Assembly: GCA_048885525.1 (NCBI GenBank)
Contig: JBHLLP010000002.1
Location: forward strand, 67,451-131,450
From: Candidatus Hermodarchaeota archaeon
GTDB taxonomy: Archaea; Asgardarchaeota; Lokiarchaeia; Sigyniarchaeales; SOKP01
Direction of reading: 5' to 3'
Length of the DNA: 64,000 bases
The translations under genes and the position numbers were made by a program. How positions within the stretch are numbered: the stretch's first letter is position 1; each line of letters starts with the position of its first letter. A model generated the notes under the pieces. That model saw nothing but the letters and a program-made list of their open reading frames with translations. It was not told where the DNA came from and did not search any database. Below are positions 37,569-48,221 of this stretch, piece by piece.

Positions 37569-38843
37569 ATGGGGGTCGAAGAAACATTAAAAAAATATAA
37601 TTGGATTCTACCGTATATTCAAAATGCCGATAGAACAACAAGATCACTGATAATGAAAAATTTTAGGCAGAAAAAAGCAAATTTTTTTCCAGAAGGAGAA
37701 TATAAAGCTGATGTGGACAACCTAATTAAATGCACGTTATGTCCTAATATGTGTAGGTTTGATTGTGGGACATTGCAGGCATCATTAACTGAGACAATGA
37801 GTCCTGCTTATAAGGCTAGAATTGGCTATTATTTAACAACTGGGAAAATTGATCCTTTAGATAAAGAAAACAATGCCTTCATAGATTTAATGTATTTATG
37901 CACAAATGAAGAGAACTGTAAAATATGGTGCCCTTTTGAATTTTCAGTTGTATCACTTTTAGAAACTGTCAGAGATGATTTAAATGATAAAGGCTTGATG
38001 CCAGATTATTGTAAACAGCAGATTAATAAGTTAAATAAGACCAATACTATAGAAGAATATAACATTTTTGAAACTTATAAAGAAAAAGGAATAGAAAATA
38101 TTGAAACCGAAGGAAATGATGATGTTTTCTATTATATTGGATGTGAATCAATGAAATTTCCAGAGGTAGTAAATGCAAATATCCAAATTTTAAAAAAAGC
38201 TGGAATCAAATTTTCCACCAATCTTGAGAAAAAAGTATGTTGTGGAGGTCCAGCTTTTAATATAAGAGATCTTGAGACCGCTGAAAAATTTGCAAATAAA
38301 AATAACGAGCTTATAGCATCTACTGGAGCAAAAGTCATTGTATCAGATTGTCCCGGCTGTGTTTTAACATTAACAAATAGATATGAAAAAGCAGGAATTA
38401 AAACTGAAAAAGAAATTTTACATACTACTCATTTTTTTAAGAAATTATTCGATAATGGAAAATTACAAGTTATAAGGAAGCTTCCAGATGATTATAAGCG
38501 AATAACAATCCATGATCCCTGCCTTATTGCAAGAAACTTAAATGATACAGAATCAATTAGAGAAATTCTTAATAAAATTCCAAATTTAGAAATTTTTGAA
38601 CCAGTATATAACAAAGAGTATGTACATTGCTGTGGTTGGAGTGGAACAGCTCATTGGGCAGATAAAGACTTAGCTATCAGAGAAGCACGGAATAGAATTA
38701 ATGAATTAAAAGAAACTGAGGCAATAATTTTCATATCAGCATGTCCTCTCTGTGAATTAGGACTATCTTATGGAATAGAAGATACAGAAAAAGAAAAATA
38801 TAATATATTGGATATATCTGAAATATTAATAAGAGTATTATAA
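37569..38843 (+). CDS. Fe-S protein with two CCG (cysteine-rich) domains (GlcF/GlpC/HdrD-like)
   Basis: CPNMCRFDCG cluster motif plus two CCG motifs (KKVCCGGPAF, VHCCGWSG). The ATG abuts the upstream TAA. Confidence 0.75.
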   Translation: MGVEETLKKYNWILPYIQNADRTTRSLIMKNFRQKKANFFPEGEYKADVDNLIKCTLCPNMCRFDCGTLQASLTETMSPAYKARIGYYLTTGKIDPLDKENNAFIDLMYLCTNEENCKIWCPFEFSVVSLLETVRDDLNDKGLMPDYCKQQINKLNKTNTIEEYNIFETYKEKGIENIETEGNDDVFYYIGCESMKFPEVVNANIQILKKAGIKFSTNLEKKVCCGGPAFNIRDLETAEKFANKNNELIASTGAKVIVSDCPGCVLTLTNRYEKAGIKTEKEILHTTHFFKKLFDNGKLQVIRKLPDDYKRITIHDPCLIARNLNDTESIREILNKIPNLEIFEPVYNKEYVHCCGWSGTAHWADKDLAIREARNRINELKETEAIIFISACPLCELGLSYGIEDTEKEKYNILDISEILIRVL

Positions 38844-38879
38844 ATTGTTTATGTTAAAAATTTTTTAAAAAGTGATTAT

Positions 38880-40340
38880 ATGAGCGATCTGATTTGTGTA
38901 TTTGATGTAGGAACTACTGGAGCGAGAACTATGATATTTGACATTAATGGTAATGTAGTTGCTAAAGCTTATGAAGAATATCCCGTAGTAAAACAGCCAA
39001 TAGGAACTTCTGAACATGATCCAATAATTTGGTGGAATGCTATTAAAAACACATGTAATAAAGTGGTAAGAACAATTAATCTTGAAGATATAATTGGGAT
39101 ATCTGCAACTTTTCTTCGAGCAGCAGTTACTATTATTGATAAAAAAGGTGAAGTACTTCATCCTGCTTTAACTTGGATGGATGAAAGACAAGAACATACA
39201 GCAATAGAATGGAAAAAAGATGTGGATCTTAGAAGGTCGATTCCTAAAATACTCTGGGTTAAAAATAATAAACCAGATTTATTCAGTAGAGCTGATAAAA
39301 TTATCCATACTGATTCTTATATATATATGAAATTATGTGAAAAATGTGTATCAGACCCGACAATGGCGATTTGGGGGCCACTAAATAACAATTCGCTTAA
39401 ATGGGATGAGGAGATAGGTGAACGATTTGATTTACCCATAGAATTCTGGCCAGAATTGCATCAACCCGGAGAAATTATTGGTGAATTATCCAGTAGTGCT
39501 GCGGATGTTTTAGGTTTAAAGAAAAACATCCCGATTATAGTCGGGGGCAGTGATCAACAATGTTCATCTTTAGGATTAGGTGTTATCAACGTAGGACAAG
39601 CTAAAGCTACTACAGGGACAGGAACGTTTGTGGATTATGTTGTAGATCACCCCATTGAACCCGCGGGAGATTTTCCTATTTTCTCACTGCCTTCTGTTAT
39701 ACAGGGTAAGTGGAATATTGAGGGTGTTTATCCAGGATCAGGTGATGCATTAAAATGGTTTGCGAATAATTTCTCGCAATTACAATTTAAACAGAGTCAG
39801 GAGCAGGGTAAAAATGTATATGATATACTAACTTCTGAAGCAGCAACGGTACCTCCTGGAAGTGGAGGATTGCTATTTTTAACGGCGTTATCTATCTTCC
39901 GAAAAGGGACTATTCATGGTTTAGATTGGAATCATACAAGAGCACATATAATACGTTCAATTATGGAATCTGCAGCGCTAGGTACTCGATATTATCTCCA
40001 AACGACAGAAGCAATGGGTGGTGAAAAAACGACTGAATTAAGAGTTGATGGAGGAGGAATGAACAGCGATTTATGGGCTCAAATATTTGCAGATATTACA
40101 GACAAAAAAATATTAGTTTCAGAGAATAAAGATGGTGCTGCTTTGGGTGCAGCGATTTTGGGATTTATAGGATGTAAAAGATATAATTTAACTGAAAAAG
40201 CTATTGAAAATATGGTTAGATTTCCTACATTTAAAGATCCAATTAAAGAAAATTCAAAAATATATAAGAAATTATATAGAATTTTTCTACCAACACTACT
40301 TGAAATTTATTCAAAAAAGAGAGTTACTAAAGATTTATAA
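38880..40340 (+). CDS. FGGY-family carbohydrate kinase
   Basis: VFDVGTTGARTMIFD, GGSDQQCSSLGLG and RVDGGGMNSDLWAQIFADI. The substrate cannot be determined. Confidence 0.8.
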   Translation: MSDLICVFDVGTTGARTMIFDINGNVVAKAYEEYPVVKQPIGTSEHDPIIWWNAIKNTCNKVVRTINLEDIIGISATFLRAAVTIIDKKGEVLHPALTWMDERQEHTAIEWKKDVDLRRSIPKILWVKNNKPDLFSRADKIIHTDSYIYMKLCEKCVSDPTMAIWGPLNNNSLKWDEEIGERFDLPIEFWPELHQPGEIIGELSSSAADVLGLKKNIPIIVGGSDQQCSSLGLGVINVGQAKATTGTGTFVDYVVDHPIEPAGDFPIFSLPSVIQGKWNIEGVYPGSGDALKWFANNFSQLQFKQSQEQGKNVYDILTSEAATVPPGSGGLLFLTALSIFRKGTIHGLDWNHTRAHIIRSIMESAALGTRYYLQTTEAMGGEKTTELRVDGGGMNSDLWAQIFADITDKKILVSENKDGAALGAAILGFIGCKRYNLTEKAIENMVRFPTFKDPIKENSKIYKKLYRIFLPTLLEIYSKKRVTKDL

Positions 40341-40465
40341 TTTTTTTTATATATTAACACTTTTTCGTTATTAAACGTTAAAATCCGTAATTTCAAAAAT
40401 TTAGTAAAGTATTTTTGGAACATTTTATTTCAAAGATTATAGAATATTAATCTTATATATCTCAC

Positions 40466-41293
40466 ATGCCTTATTTCAAGAACCAAGAGGGTTATAATCT
40501 ATATTATGAAAATATTAACCCAGATTCAAAAGCATGCACTATTATTTTACTTCATGGATTCGCATCATCAGCTTCTTTTTTTAAAGCACAAATTAAAATA
40601 TTGAAAGAAAATTATCGTATTATTGCTTTTGATGCATTAGGGCATGGGAGGAGTGAACACCCTAAGGAATTAAACCTGAAAAAAAACCTTAGATTTGATA
40701 TAATAAGAGATTTAGAAGATCTTCTAAAGTATTTAGAGATAAATGAGAAATATGGTATAATAGGTCACTCGTTAGTTGGAGGAATGATCGGTCAGTTATT
40801 TGCTGTAAAACATCCCGAGAACATCAAATTTCTAATCCTACTAAATTCAGGATATATCATGATTGATAATGTTATAAGAAATATATTTTACAATTTACTC
40901 CCATATTTTATCAGAATGAACTTTTTAGAAGTATTAGCAAATTCTGTTGAAAAAATTTTAGATAAAACCATTCCATACATAATAACTGCTTTATCGGACT
41001 CATTATCTGGATTAAAGTTAACTAAAGATGAATTATACATGCAAATTGAAGATCAAATTTTCCGAATGATACATGAGATAAAAGAATATGACCCATCAGG
41101 TATTAGTTGCCCTACTCTAATAATTGGAGGAAGGCTTGATAATTTTGCTCCAGAGCAAATGTCAGAAGAATTACATAGAATGATTCCAAATTCTACTTTA
41201 AATATTATTGATATGGCTGGACATTTCGCTCCTGCTCAGAGAAAAGAGATAGTTAACGAATTAATATGTGATTTTATTAAAAATCTTAAGTAA
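40466..41293 (+). CDS. Alpha/beta-fold hydrolase
   Basis: IILLHGFASS oxyanion region, GHSLVGG nucleophile elbow and a C-terminal GHF His. Confidence 0.8.
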   Translation: MPYFKNQEGYNLYYENINPDSKACTIILLHGFASSASFFKAQIKILKENYRIIAFDALGHGRSEHPKELNLKKNLRFDIIRDLEDLLKYLEINEKYGIIGHSLVGGMIGQLFAVKHPENIKFLILLNSGYIMIDNVIRNIFYNLLPYFIRMNFLEVLANSVEKILDKTIPYIITALSDSLSGLKLTKDELYMQIEDQIFRMIHEIKEYDPSGISCPTLIIGGRLDNFAPEQMSEELHRMIPNSTLNIIDMAGHFAPAQRKEIVNELICDFIKNLK

Positions 41294-41335
41294 CTATTAC
41301 ATGTATTTCTTTTAATCACACTTTATTGAATTATT

Positions 41336-41710
41336 ATGAGTGAAAATTATAAATTTAATGATAATAATTTAACTATTTCATTTTTCAAAGATGAAGTGAA
41401 AAAATTCGTTGAAAATCGTAATTGGAATAAATACCATTCCCCTAAAAATTTAGTTCAAGCTATTAATTGTGAAGCTGGAGAATTATCTCAATTATTATTA
41501 TTTAAAGATTATACGAAGGAAGAGATATGGAAGAATGAAACTCTTCTTAGAAATATTGGTGATGAAATTGCTGATGTGTTTATATACCTTTTAAGTCTTA
41601 TTAATGCTCTAGGTTTAGATTTGAGCCGAAGTTTCATAAACAAAATGGAAAAAAATAAAAAGAAATACTCAAGCAAAGAATTTAATAATGGAATTTATTA
41701 TAAAAAATAA
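41336..41710 (+). CDS. MazG-like nucleotide pyrophosphohydrolase (dCTPase/DCTPP1-type)
   Basis: RNWNKYHSPKNLVQAINCEAGELSQ and EIADVFIYLLSLINALGLDL...KNKKKY. Confidence 0.75.
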   Translation: MSENYKFNDNNLTISFFKDEVKKFVENRNWNKYHSPKNLVQAINCEAGELSQLLLFKDYTKEEIWKNETLLRNIGDEIADVFIYLLSLINALGLDLSRSFINKMEKNKKKYSSKEFNNGIYYKK

Positions 41711-41727
41711 AAATTTGAGAATTTAAA

Positions 41728-42198
41728 ATGCCAAGTATAAATGAAAATCTGTTAGCTCCATGTGGGCTATATTGTGGTGTGTGTGCTATACATATTGCTG
41801 ATCGAGACAATAATTTAAAGTTTAAAAAAATACTTGTGGATGTTTACAAACCGATTTCTAAAACTATTGATGACATTAAATGTTCGGGTTGTCTCTCAAA
41901 AAACCAAGAGGATATATTTGGATATTGTCAAACATGTCCTATCAGAGATTGTATAATCAGTAAAGGATTTGATGGTTGTTATCAATGTAATGATTTTCCA
42001 TGCAAGTTTATAGAAAATTTCCCTATTCCTGTTGGCAAAAAAGTTATTCTAAGGGCAATACCTCGATGGAAAGAAATAGGAACTGAAAAATGGGTCGAAG
42101 AAGAGGAGAAGAGATACCATTGTCCTGAATGTGGTAATTCTTTATTCCGAGGAGCAAATAGATGTAATAAATGTGGAATTTCAGTTAATGTTGATTGA
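41728..42198 (+). CDS. DUF3795-like Cys-rich protein
   Basis: APCGLYCGVCAIH start and multiple CxxC pairs including a C-terminal ribbon (CPECG...CNKCG). Confidence 0.5.
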   Translation: MPSINENLLAPCGLYCGVCAIHIADRDNNLKFKKILVDVYKPISKTIDDIKCSGCLSKNQEDIFGYCQTCPIRDCIISKGFDGCYQCNDFPCKFIENFPIPVGKKVILRAIPRWKEIGTEKWVEEEEKRYHCPECGNSLFRGANRCNKCGISVNVD

Positions 42199-42260
42199 AG
42201 AATATGTTATTTTTTTATTAATAATAAGAATTTTTATAGATTTTTCTATTATTTTTTAAC

Positions 42261-43238
42261 ATGGTTATTAAGAATATTGATGGAATAATTAAGGAACAAT
42301 TAAACTATACCTTAAATGAAACAAACATTCCTAACTTGGGGAAATTATATAGAGGTAAAGTTAGAGATAACTACATAAAACAAGATACCAGAATAATTAT
42401 AGCAACAGATCGTTTAAGTGCTTTTGATAGAGTAATAACCACCATTCCATTTAAGGGTCAAATGCTAAACCAAGTTTCATCATTCTGGTTTGAAAAAACT
42501 AAAGAGATCGTAAAGAATCATATTATAGATATTCCAGATCCAAATGTGGCGGTCGTCCATCAATGTAAAACAATTTTAGTTGAAGTGATAGCAAGAGGAT
42601 ATCTAACTGGTAGTATGTGGCGTGATTATAATAAAGGAAAACCCACTTCGGGTATAATGCCTCCTAGAGGGATGCAAAAAAATCAAAAGTTTGATGAAAT
42701 AATTCTAACCCCATCTACAAAAGCAGAATCAGGTCATGATATTTACCTTTCGAGAGAAGAAATCTTAGAAAAGGAAATGGTTGAGAAAGATGTGTATGAG
42801 AAAATGGAAGAAGCCGCAATTAAATTATTTAAATTTGGACAAAATTTTTGCGAAAAGAATGGTCTTATCCTAGTTGATACCAAATATGAATTCGGATTAA
42901 AAGATGGAGAATTAATGGTCATTGATGAAATACACACACAAGATTCATCCCGATTTTGGATACTTGAAACTTATGAAGAAAAATTTCAAAAAGGAGATGT
43001 CCCCGATATTCTAGATAAAGAAATCTTTAGAAAATGGCTTATGGATACGTACCCTGAAATTTTTCCAGATATTAAGCCTGATGAAAAAATTCCTCCAATT
43101 TCAGAAGATATTAAAATTGAATTAGCAAAAAGATATATGCGAAGTTATGAAAAGATTACTGGACTAGAGTTTAAGGCAGAAATTTCAGATGTTCAGAAAA
43201 GGATTTATAAAAATTTAAAGAAAGCCAATTATTTATAG
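42261..43238 (+). CDS. purC: Phosphoribosylaminoimidazole-succinocarboxamide (SAICAR) synthase
   Basis: LYRGKVRDNY, IIATDRLSAFD and LVDTKYEFG. Confidence 0.9.
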   Translation: MVIKNIDGIIKEQLNYTLNETNIPNLGKLYRGKVRDNYIKQDTRIIIATDRLSAFDRVITTIPFKGQMLNQVSSFWFEKTKEIVKNHIIDIPDPNVAVVHQCKTILVEVIARGYLTGSMWRDYNKGKPTSGIMPPRGMQKNQKFDEIILTPSTKAESGHDIYLSREEILEKEMVEKDVYEKMEEAAIKLFKFGQNFCEKNGLILVDTKYEFGLKDGELMVIDEIHTQDSSRFWILETYEEKFQKGDVPDILDKEIFRKWLMDTYPEIFPDIKPDEKIPPISEDIKIELAKRYMRSYEKITGLEFKAEISDVQKRIYKNLKKANYL

Positions 43239-43284
43239 AATTTAAGAAAAATTTATATAATAATTCATAGTAATTTATCGTATT

Positions 43285-43488
43285 ATGCTAAATTTAATAT
43301 TTTTATTTATAGATTTTACTTTATTTATTCTCAGTTTTATATTTATAATCCTAGATCTCAAAAGTTATAAAGAAGAAAAAAATGAAGAACTAAAAGGAAC
43401 TGTAATACCAAAACGAAGTCGTTATGCATTATTATTTGGTCTATTAGCACTAATTCTTGCTGTAATTATTAGTTTAGGGTATACTTAA
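43285..43488 (+). CDS. Hypothetical small two-TM membrane protein
   Basis: ORF with two hydrophobic segments only. Confidence 0.3.
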   Translation: MLNLIFLFIDFTLFILSFIFIILDLKSYKEEKNEELKGTVIPKRSRYALLFGLLALILAVIISLGYT

Positions 43489-43713
43489 TTTAATAACTAC
43501 TATTACTGAGATTATATTGCTTTTTTTTTATATAGATTTCCTTAATTAGTTTTTCTTTTAACCAATTTAATTTTTCTTGGAAAATTAGGTTTTAGTATAG
43601 TGTAATTACTTAAATTTTGTTTAGGAGATCTAAGTTCTTGTCGTTTTTGTCGATGAGCATTATTTTTAAGTTAATAAGAATTAATAAAAATATATACAAC
43701 TTCTTTTTCACAA

Positions 43714-43983
43714 ATGGATTACCAAGAATTTGAAGTAGAAATAACGTTAATGAATAAACCAGCAGCGAGGGATCCAGTAGGAGAAACTATTCAAAAAGAC
43801 CTTTTAGCAAAAAAAGGTTATGATTTGGTATTTAATGTTCGTTCAGGGCAATTCTTGAGAATTAAACTTAATGCTGTTGATGAAAATCAAGCTAAAAAAA
43901 TGGTAGAAAAAATGTGTAATGACCTACGAATTTTCAATCCAGTTACTCAAAATCTAACTATTTTAAAAGTATCAAAATCATGA
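43714..43983 (+). CDS. purS: FGAM synthase subunit PurS
   Basis: 89 aa with RDPVGETIQKDLL..G; 4-nt ATGA overlap with purQ. Confidence 0.8.
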   Translation: MDYQEFEVEITLMNKPAARDPVGETIQKDLLAKKGYDLVFNVRSGQFLRIKLNAVDENQAKKMVEKMCNDLRIFNPVTQNLTILKVSKS

Positions 43984-44693
43984 ATATAAAAATAGCTGTA
44001 ATCGAATTCGCAGGTAGCAACTGTGATTTAGATACTATACATGTTTTGAAAAACGTTATCGATGGAATTGAAGCGGATCTAGTATGGCATAATCACTTTA
44101 AGGAATCGAAATATGATGGAGTAATTTTACCTGGAGGATTTGCATTTGGAGATTATTTAAGAGCAGGAATAATTGCTGCTCACAGTCCAGCAATTGATGA
44201 AGCACGAATAATGTTAAATGATGGAAGACCTGTAATAGGTATCTGTAATGGATTCCAAATATTAACAGAAGCACAATTTCTCCCAGGTGCTTTATTACGA
44301 AATGATTCACTTAAGTTTGTCTGTAAGTGGGTTAATTTGAAAGTGGAAAATAATAATACTGCATTTTCTAATAAAATGAAATTAGGAGAGGTATGTACTT
44401 TACCTATAGCTCATGCTGAGGGACGATATTTTGCTGATAATCTGAAAGAGTTAGAGGAAAATGACCAAATTGTTTTTAGATATTGTACCGAACAAGGAAC
44501 ACTTACAGAAGAAGCGAATCCAAATGGTTCTTTAGAAAATATTGCAGGAATTTGCAATTTAAACCGAAATTGTATTGGATTAATGCCTCATCCTGAACGT
44601 GCATCAGAAGCAATATTAAGTCCAAAAAGAACGACCCATGGAAAATTATTTTTCGAATCCATGATAGAATTCATCAAACGGAGGTTATCATAA
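43980..44693 (+). CDS. purQ: FGAM synthase glutaminase subunit PurQ
   Basis: IAVIEFAGSNCDLDT, GGFAFGDYLRAG, GICNGFQIL and MPHPER. Confidence 0.9.
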   Translation: MNIKIAVIEFAGSNCDLDTIHVLKNVIDGIEADLVWHNHFKESKYDGVILPGGFAFGDYLRAGIIAAHSPAIDEARIMLNDGRPVIGICNGFQILTEAQFLPGALLRNDSLKFVCKWVNLKVENNNTAFSNKMKLGEVCTLPIAHAEGRYFADNLKELEENDQIVFRYCTEQGTLTEEANPNGSLENIAGICNLNRNCIGLMPHPERASEAILSPKRTTHGKLFFESMIEFIKRRLS

Positions 44694-44728
44694 TAACGAA
44701 GGTAGATGTTAACGGAACGGAAGTTGAT

Positions 44729-46939
44729 GTGGAAATAACTAACGATGAGTATGAAAAAGTAAAAGCTTTATTACAGAGAGATCCAAATATAACTGAATTA
44801 GGGATGTTTGATGTAATGTGGAGTGAACATTGCTCTTATAAATCATCACGACCAAAATTAAAGATATTCGAGGATGCTGAGGCAAATTATAACTATGTTT
44901 TAGCGGGTCCTGGACAAGATGCTGGAGTTATCGATATCGGAGATGGTTACGCATTAGCATTTCGAATAGAATCTCATAATCATCCATCTGCAATTGAACC
45001 TTATCATGGAGCTGCTACTGGGATTGGAGGTATAATAAGAGATATTCTATGCATGGGTGTTCGACCAATAGCACTATTGGATCCATTGAGATTTGGTCGT
45101 TTAAAAGATAATCCTCATTCACAATGGTTATTTAAATATGTAGTAAAAGGTATTGCTGATTATGGTAATTGCACTGGAATACCAACCATTGGTGGAGAAG
45201 TTGAATTTGATAATAGTTTTGAGAGTAATTGTTTAGTAAATGTAGCATGTATAGGATTAGGAACTATAGATGATTTTAAACATGCACCGAGTAGAGCTTA
45301 CAATCCTGGTGATTATGTAATTTTAATGGGAGGATCTACAGGAAGAGATGGTATCCATGGAGTTACATTTGCATCCCGTACTTTAACTGAAATGTCTGAA
45401 GCTGATAGACCTGCTGTTCAAATTGGTGATCCATTTACCAAGAAAATGATTATTGAAGCAACTTTAGAAGCTATAAAAACAGGATATGTAAGAGGATTAA
45501 AGGATCTTGGTGGAGGCGGTTTAACTTGCGCAACTAGTGAATTAACGGGAGATGGTAATACAGGAGCAAAGGTAGATTTAAGAAAAGTCTTTACAAGAGA
45601 ACCTGGAATGAATTCTTATGAAATAATGCTTTCTGAGTCACAAGAAAGAATGGCTTTCATTGTTAAACCTGAAGGATTAGATACTGTTCTTGACGTATTT
45701 AGAAAATATGAAATAAATTTTGCTGTCATAGGGAAAACTGATGATTCGAAAGTTCTAAAAGTATATAATAATGATAATCTTGTCGTAAATATCCCCTCGA
45801 AAGCCCTTTCAGAATCACCAACATTTAAGCGACAAGAGAAGCGACCGTTATATCTAGATGAATTACTATCTCAAAAAACACCAGAACCAAATTTAGGATT
45901 AGATGAAATTATTTATAAATTAATAGCATCTGAAAATATATGTAGTAAAGAATGGGTTTATCGACAATACGATCATGAAGTTGGTGTTAGATCTGTTGTA
46001 AAATGTGGTGAAGGTGATTCAGGTGTTTTAAGAATAATTGGTACAAATAAATTTATTACTGCGAGTGTTGGCGTTAATTCTAAGCATTGCTTTTTAGATC
46101 CTTATGAAGGAGTTAAAGGAGGATTAGTTGAAGAATGTGGTAACGTAATAGCAAACGGAGGAAAACCAATGGCTATGGTAAATTGCTGTAATTTTGGAAA
46201 TCCTGAAATTCCCGAATCATTTTGGTATTTTTCTCAAGCTGTTGAAGGTATGAATGATTTTTGTAGAACTTTAAAAATTCCTATAATAGGAGGAAATGTC
46301 TCCTTTTATAATGAAGATGAAGTTAAAAAAAAGGCTATTAAAGCAACTCCCATGATTATGATCATAGGACTTATCGAAGGTGAAGAAAACATAATTACAC
46401 TTCCTTTTAAGAATGCAGGGGATTATATATTTCTAATAGGTGAAACTAAAGCAGATTTAGGTGGTTCAGAGTATCATTCAGTAATTTACAATCTAGAAGG
46501 AGGAAATCCCCCTAAAGTTGATGAATCAAAGATAAAATCAACTTGGGATTTTTTATTCGAGCTCTATAAATACAGATTAGTTAAAGCTAACCACGATGTA
46601 AATAAAGGAGGGTTTATAATAACACTAGCTGAAATGTGTTTTATGAATAATTTGGGAGTGGATTTAGATCTTACAGACTGTTTTGATGAAAATTTGAAAG
46701 ATGATGAAATTTTATTCAGTGAATCTAATGGTAGATTTATTATTGAAACAGATCCAAAAGATAATAAACAAATAATAGATTTAGCTAATAAATTTGGGAT
46801 TTCTCTTAAAAAAATAGGTGTTATAATACCTCAACCTGAAATTAAAGTAAAAGGGTTAAAAAATAAAGTTTTTACACTCTCTATTCCAAAATTAAAGGAA
46901 AAATTCGATTCCACAATTCCAAATTTAATGGAATTATAA
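44729..46939 (+). CDS. purL: FGAM synthase subunit PurL
   Basis: MFDVMWSEHCSYKSS, ESHNHPS and DLGGGGL. GTG start. Confidence 0.9.
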   Translation: MEITNDEYEKVKALLQRDPNITELGMFDVMWSEHCSYKSSRPKLKIFEDAEANYNYVLAGPGQDAGVIDIGDGYALAFRIESHNHPSAIEPYHGAATGIGGIIRDILCMGVRPIALLDPLRFGRLKDNPHSQWLFKYVVKGIADYGNCTGIPTIGGEVEFDNSFESNCLVNVACIGLGTIDDFKHAPSRAYNPGDYVILMGGSTGRDGIHGVTFASRTLTEMSEADRPAVQIGDPFTKKMIIEATLEAIKTGYVRGLKDLGGGGLTCATSELTGDGNTGAKVDLRKVFTREPGMNSYEIMLSESQERMAFIVKPEGLDTVLDVFRKYEINFAVIGKTDDSKVLKVYNNDNLVVNIPSKALSESPTFKRQEKRPLYLDELLSQKTPEPNLGLDEIIYKLIASENICSKEWVYRQYDHEVGVRSVVKCGEGDSGVLRIIGTNKFITASVGVNSKHCFLDPYEGVKGGLVEECGNVIANGGKPMAMVNCCNFGNPEIPESFWYFSQAVEGMNDFCRTLKIPIIGGNVSFYNEDEVKKKAIKATPMIMIIGLIEGEENIITLPFKNAGDYIFLIGETKADLGGSEYHSVIYNLEGGNPPKVDESKIKSTWDFLFELYKYRLVKANHDVNKGGFIITLAEMCFMNNLGVDLDLTDCFDENLKDDEILFSESNGRFIIETDPKDNKQIIDLANKFGISLKKIGVIIPQPEIKVKGLKNKVFTLSIPKLKEKFDSTIPNLMEL

Positions 46940-47147
46940 TATTTCAATTTTGAATATTTATAAATAATAAGATTAAAAAATATTATGTAATATTTTTCAA
47001 TTAAAAATTAATATTCCCCATTTTAGAACTTTTTTAATTTAAAAACATAAATTTGAAATATTTGCATACTTTTATAGATCATGGAGAATTACATACGTAT
47101 AAATTATTTTATAGATATCATAAATAAATTATATACTAAATATAACT

Positions 47148-47348
47148 ATGAGAGCTCGTGCATGTATTAAATGTAGAGAATATGTAGTAATTCACCCTAG
47201 TAATCCTGTTAATCAATTAGATATAAAAAAGTTTGAGAAAAAGCATTTAGGTCATACGATAGTGACTGTTGACCTTAGTGAAATAAAGGGGATTTATTCT
47301 ACTTTTAAAGACCATGGAGCTGAAAACCCCTCTCAAGAAGCTAGTTAA
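47148..47348 (+). CDS. Hypothetical small protein
   Basis: ORF only (CIKC pair and a His-rich patch KKHLGH). Confidence 0.35.
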   Translation: MRARACIKCREYVVIHPSNPVNQLDIKKFEKKHLGHTIVTVDLSEIKGIYSTFKDHGAENPSQEAS

Positions 47349-47551
47349 TTGTTACTATATCATTTAATAAATTTAAAGCTAGATCTTTTAAAAATCAATT
47401 TATATCTTTGTCTTAAGGCTTTTTTATGACATAATCCAAGCTTTTTATGTTGTTTCAAAGAACACCCAATTATAATCATAAATATATTTATATATTTGTA
47501 ACTTATTTACCTAATAAGATATTCAACTTAATTAATCTGAATTACAAGGAT

Positions 47552-48160
47552 ATGGACGAATTTCAACTAGAAAGAATACAAAAAAGAATTAGTATAGAAA
47601 GATTATATAAAACAAATTTTAAAAAGACTTTATTAGAGGAAGAAATTCTGCAATTTTCTAAACATAAAGAAGATACAAAAAGGGAAAAAAAAGATTTAAT
47701 TGAGAATTTAGATTTCTTGAAGAGATTATTGAAACTAATTAATTCTGGGGCTACGGGATTTGATTTAGCGTACGAAGTAGAAAAGAATAAAGAGATGAAG
47801 TATTTAATTTATGATGGAATTCTATTTTATAATACATTTCTAGAAATTGGATCCAAGAGATTTATAGATGCTCCCGATAAAAAGAAAGAAGACTTTAAAT
47901 CCTTTAAAACTATTGAAGACACTGAAAAATATATTTTTATGATATGGCTAAAAGATACCATTGAATCTATTGAAAAAGAAATAAAGCCTAAAGAGAATTA
48001 TGCCAAATATGTAGAAAAAAGAGAACAGGAAGAGCTTTTAAAAAAAAGAAAGAAAATTCTTAAAAAACTTACTCACTGTAAAAATTGCGGAGAGAGAATA
48101 CAGAGTTTAGATCAAGAGTATTGTGAAAAATGTGGTGTAAAACTTTTAGAAAATTACTGA
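47552..48160 (+). CDS. Hypothetical coiled-coil protein with C-terminal zinc ribbon
   Basis: CKNCGERIQSLDQEYCEKCG. I prefer ATG 47552 (AAGGAT immediately upstream) to the listed 47447 start. Confidence 0.45.
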   Translation: MDEFQLERIQKRISIERLYKTNFKKTLLEEEILQFSKHKEDTKREKKDLIENLDFLKRLLKLINSGATGFDLAYEVEKNKEMKYLIYDGILFYNTFLEIGSKRFIDAPDKKKEDFKSFKTIEDTEKYIFMIWLKDTIESIEKEIKPKENYAKYVEKREQEELLKKRKKILKKLTHCKNCGERIQSLDQEYCEKCGVKLLENY

Positions 48161-48221
48161 ATTAAAAAACTTTTTTAATAAAAGACAGATTAAAACAAAA
48201 AAGAAAAAGAAATTTATATTT

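Noticed and set aside
47447-47551. N-terminal 35-aa extension of the listed ORF 47447..48160
   Set aside because: The extension (MLFQRTPNYNHKYIYIFVTYLPNKIFNLINLNYKD) looks like translated AT-rich spacer. ATG 47552 is immediately preceded by AAGGAT and begins the coiled-coil region.
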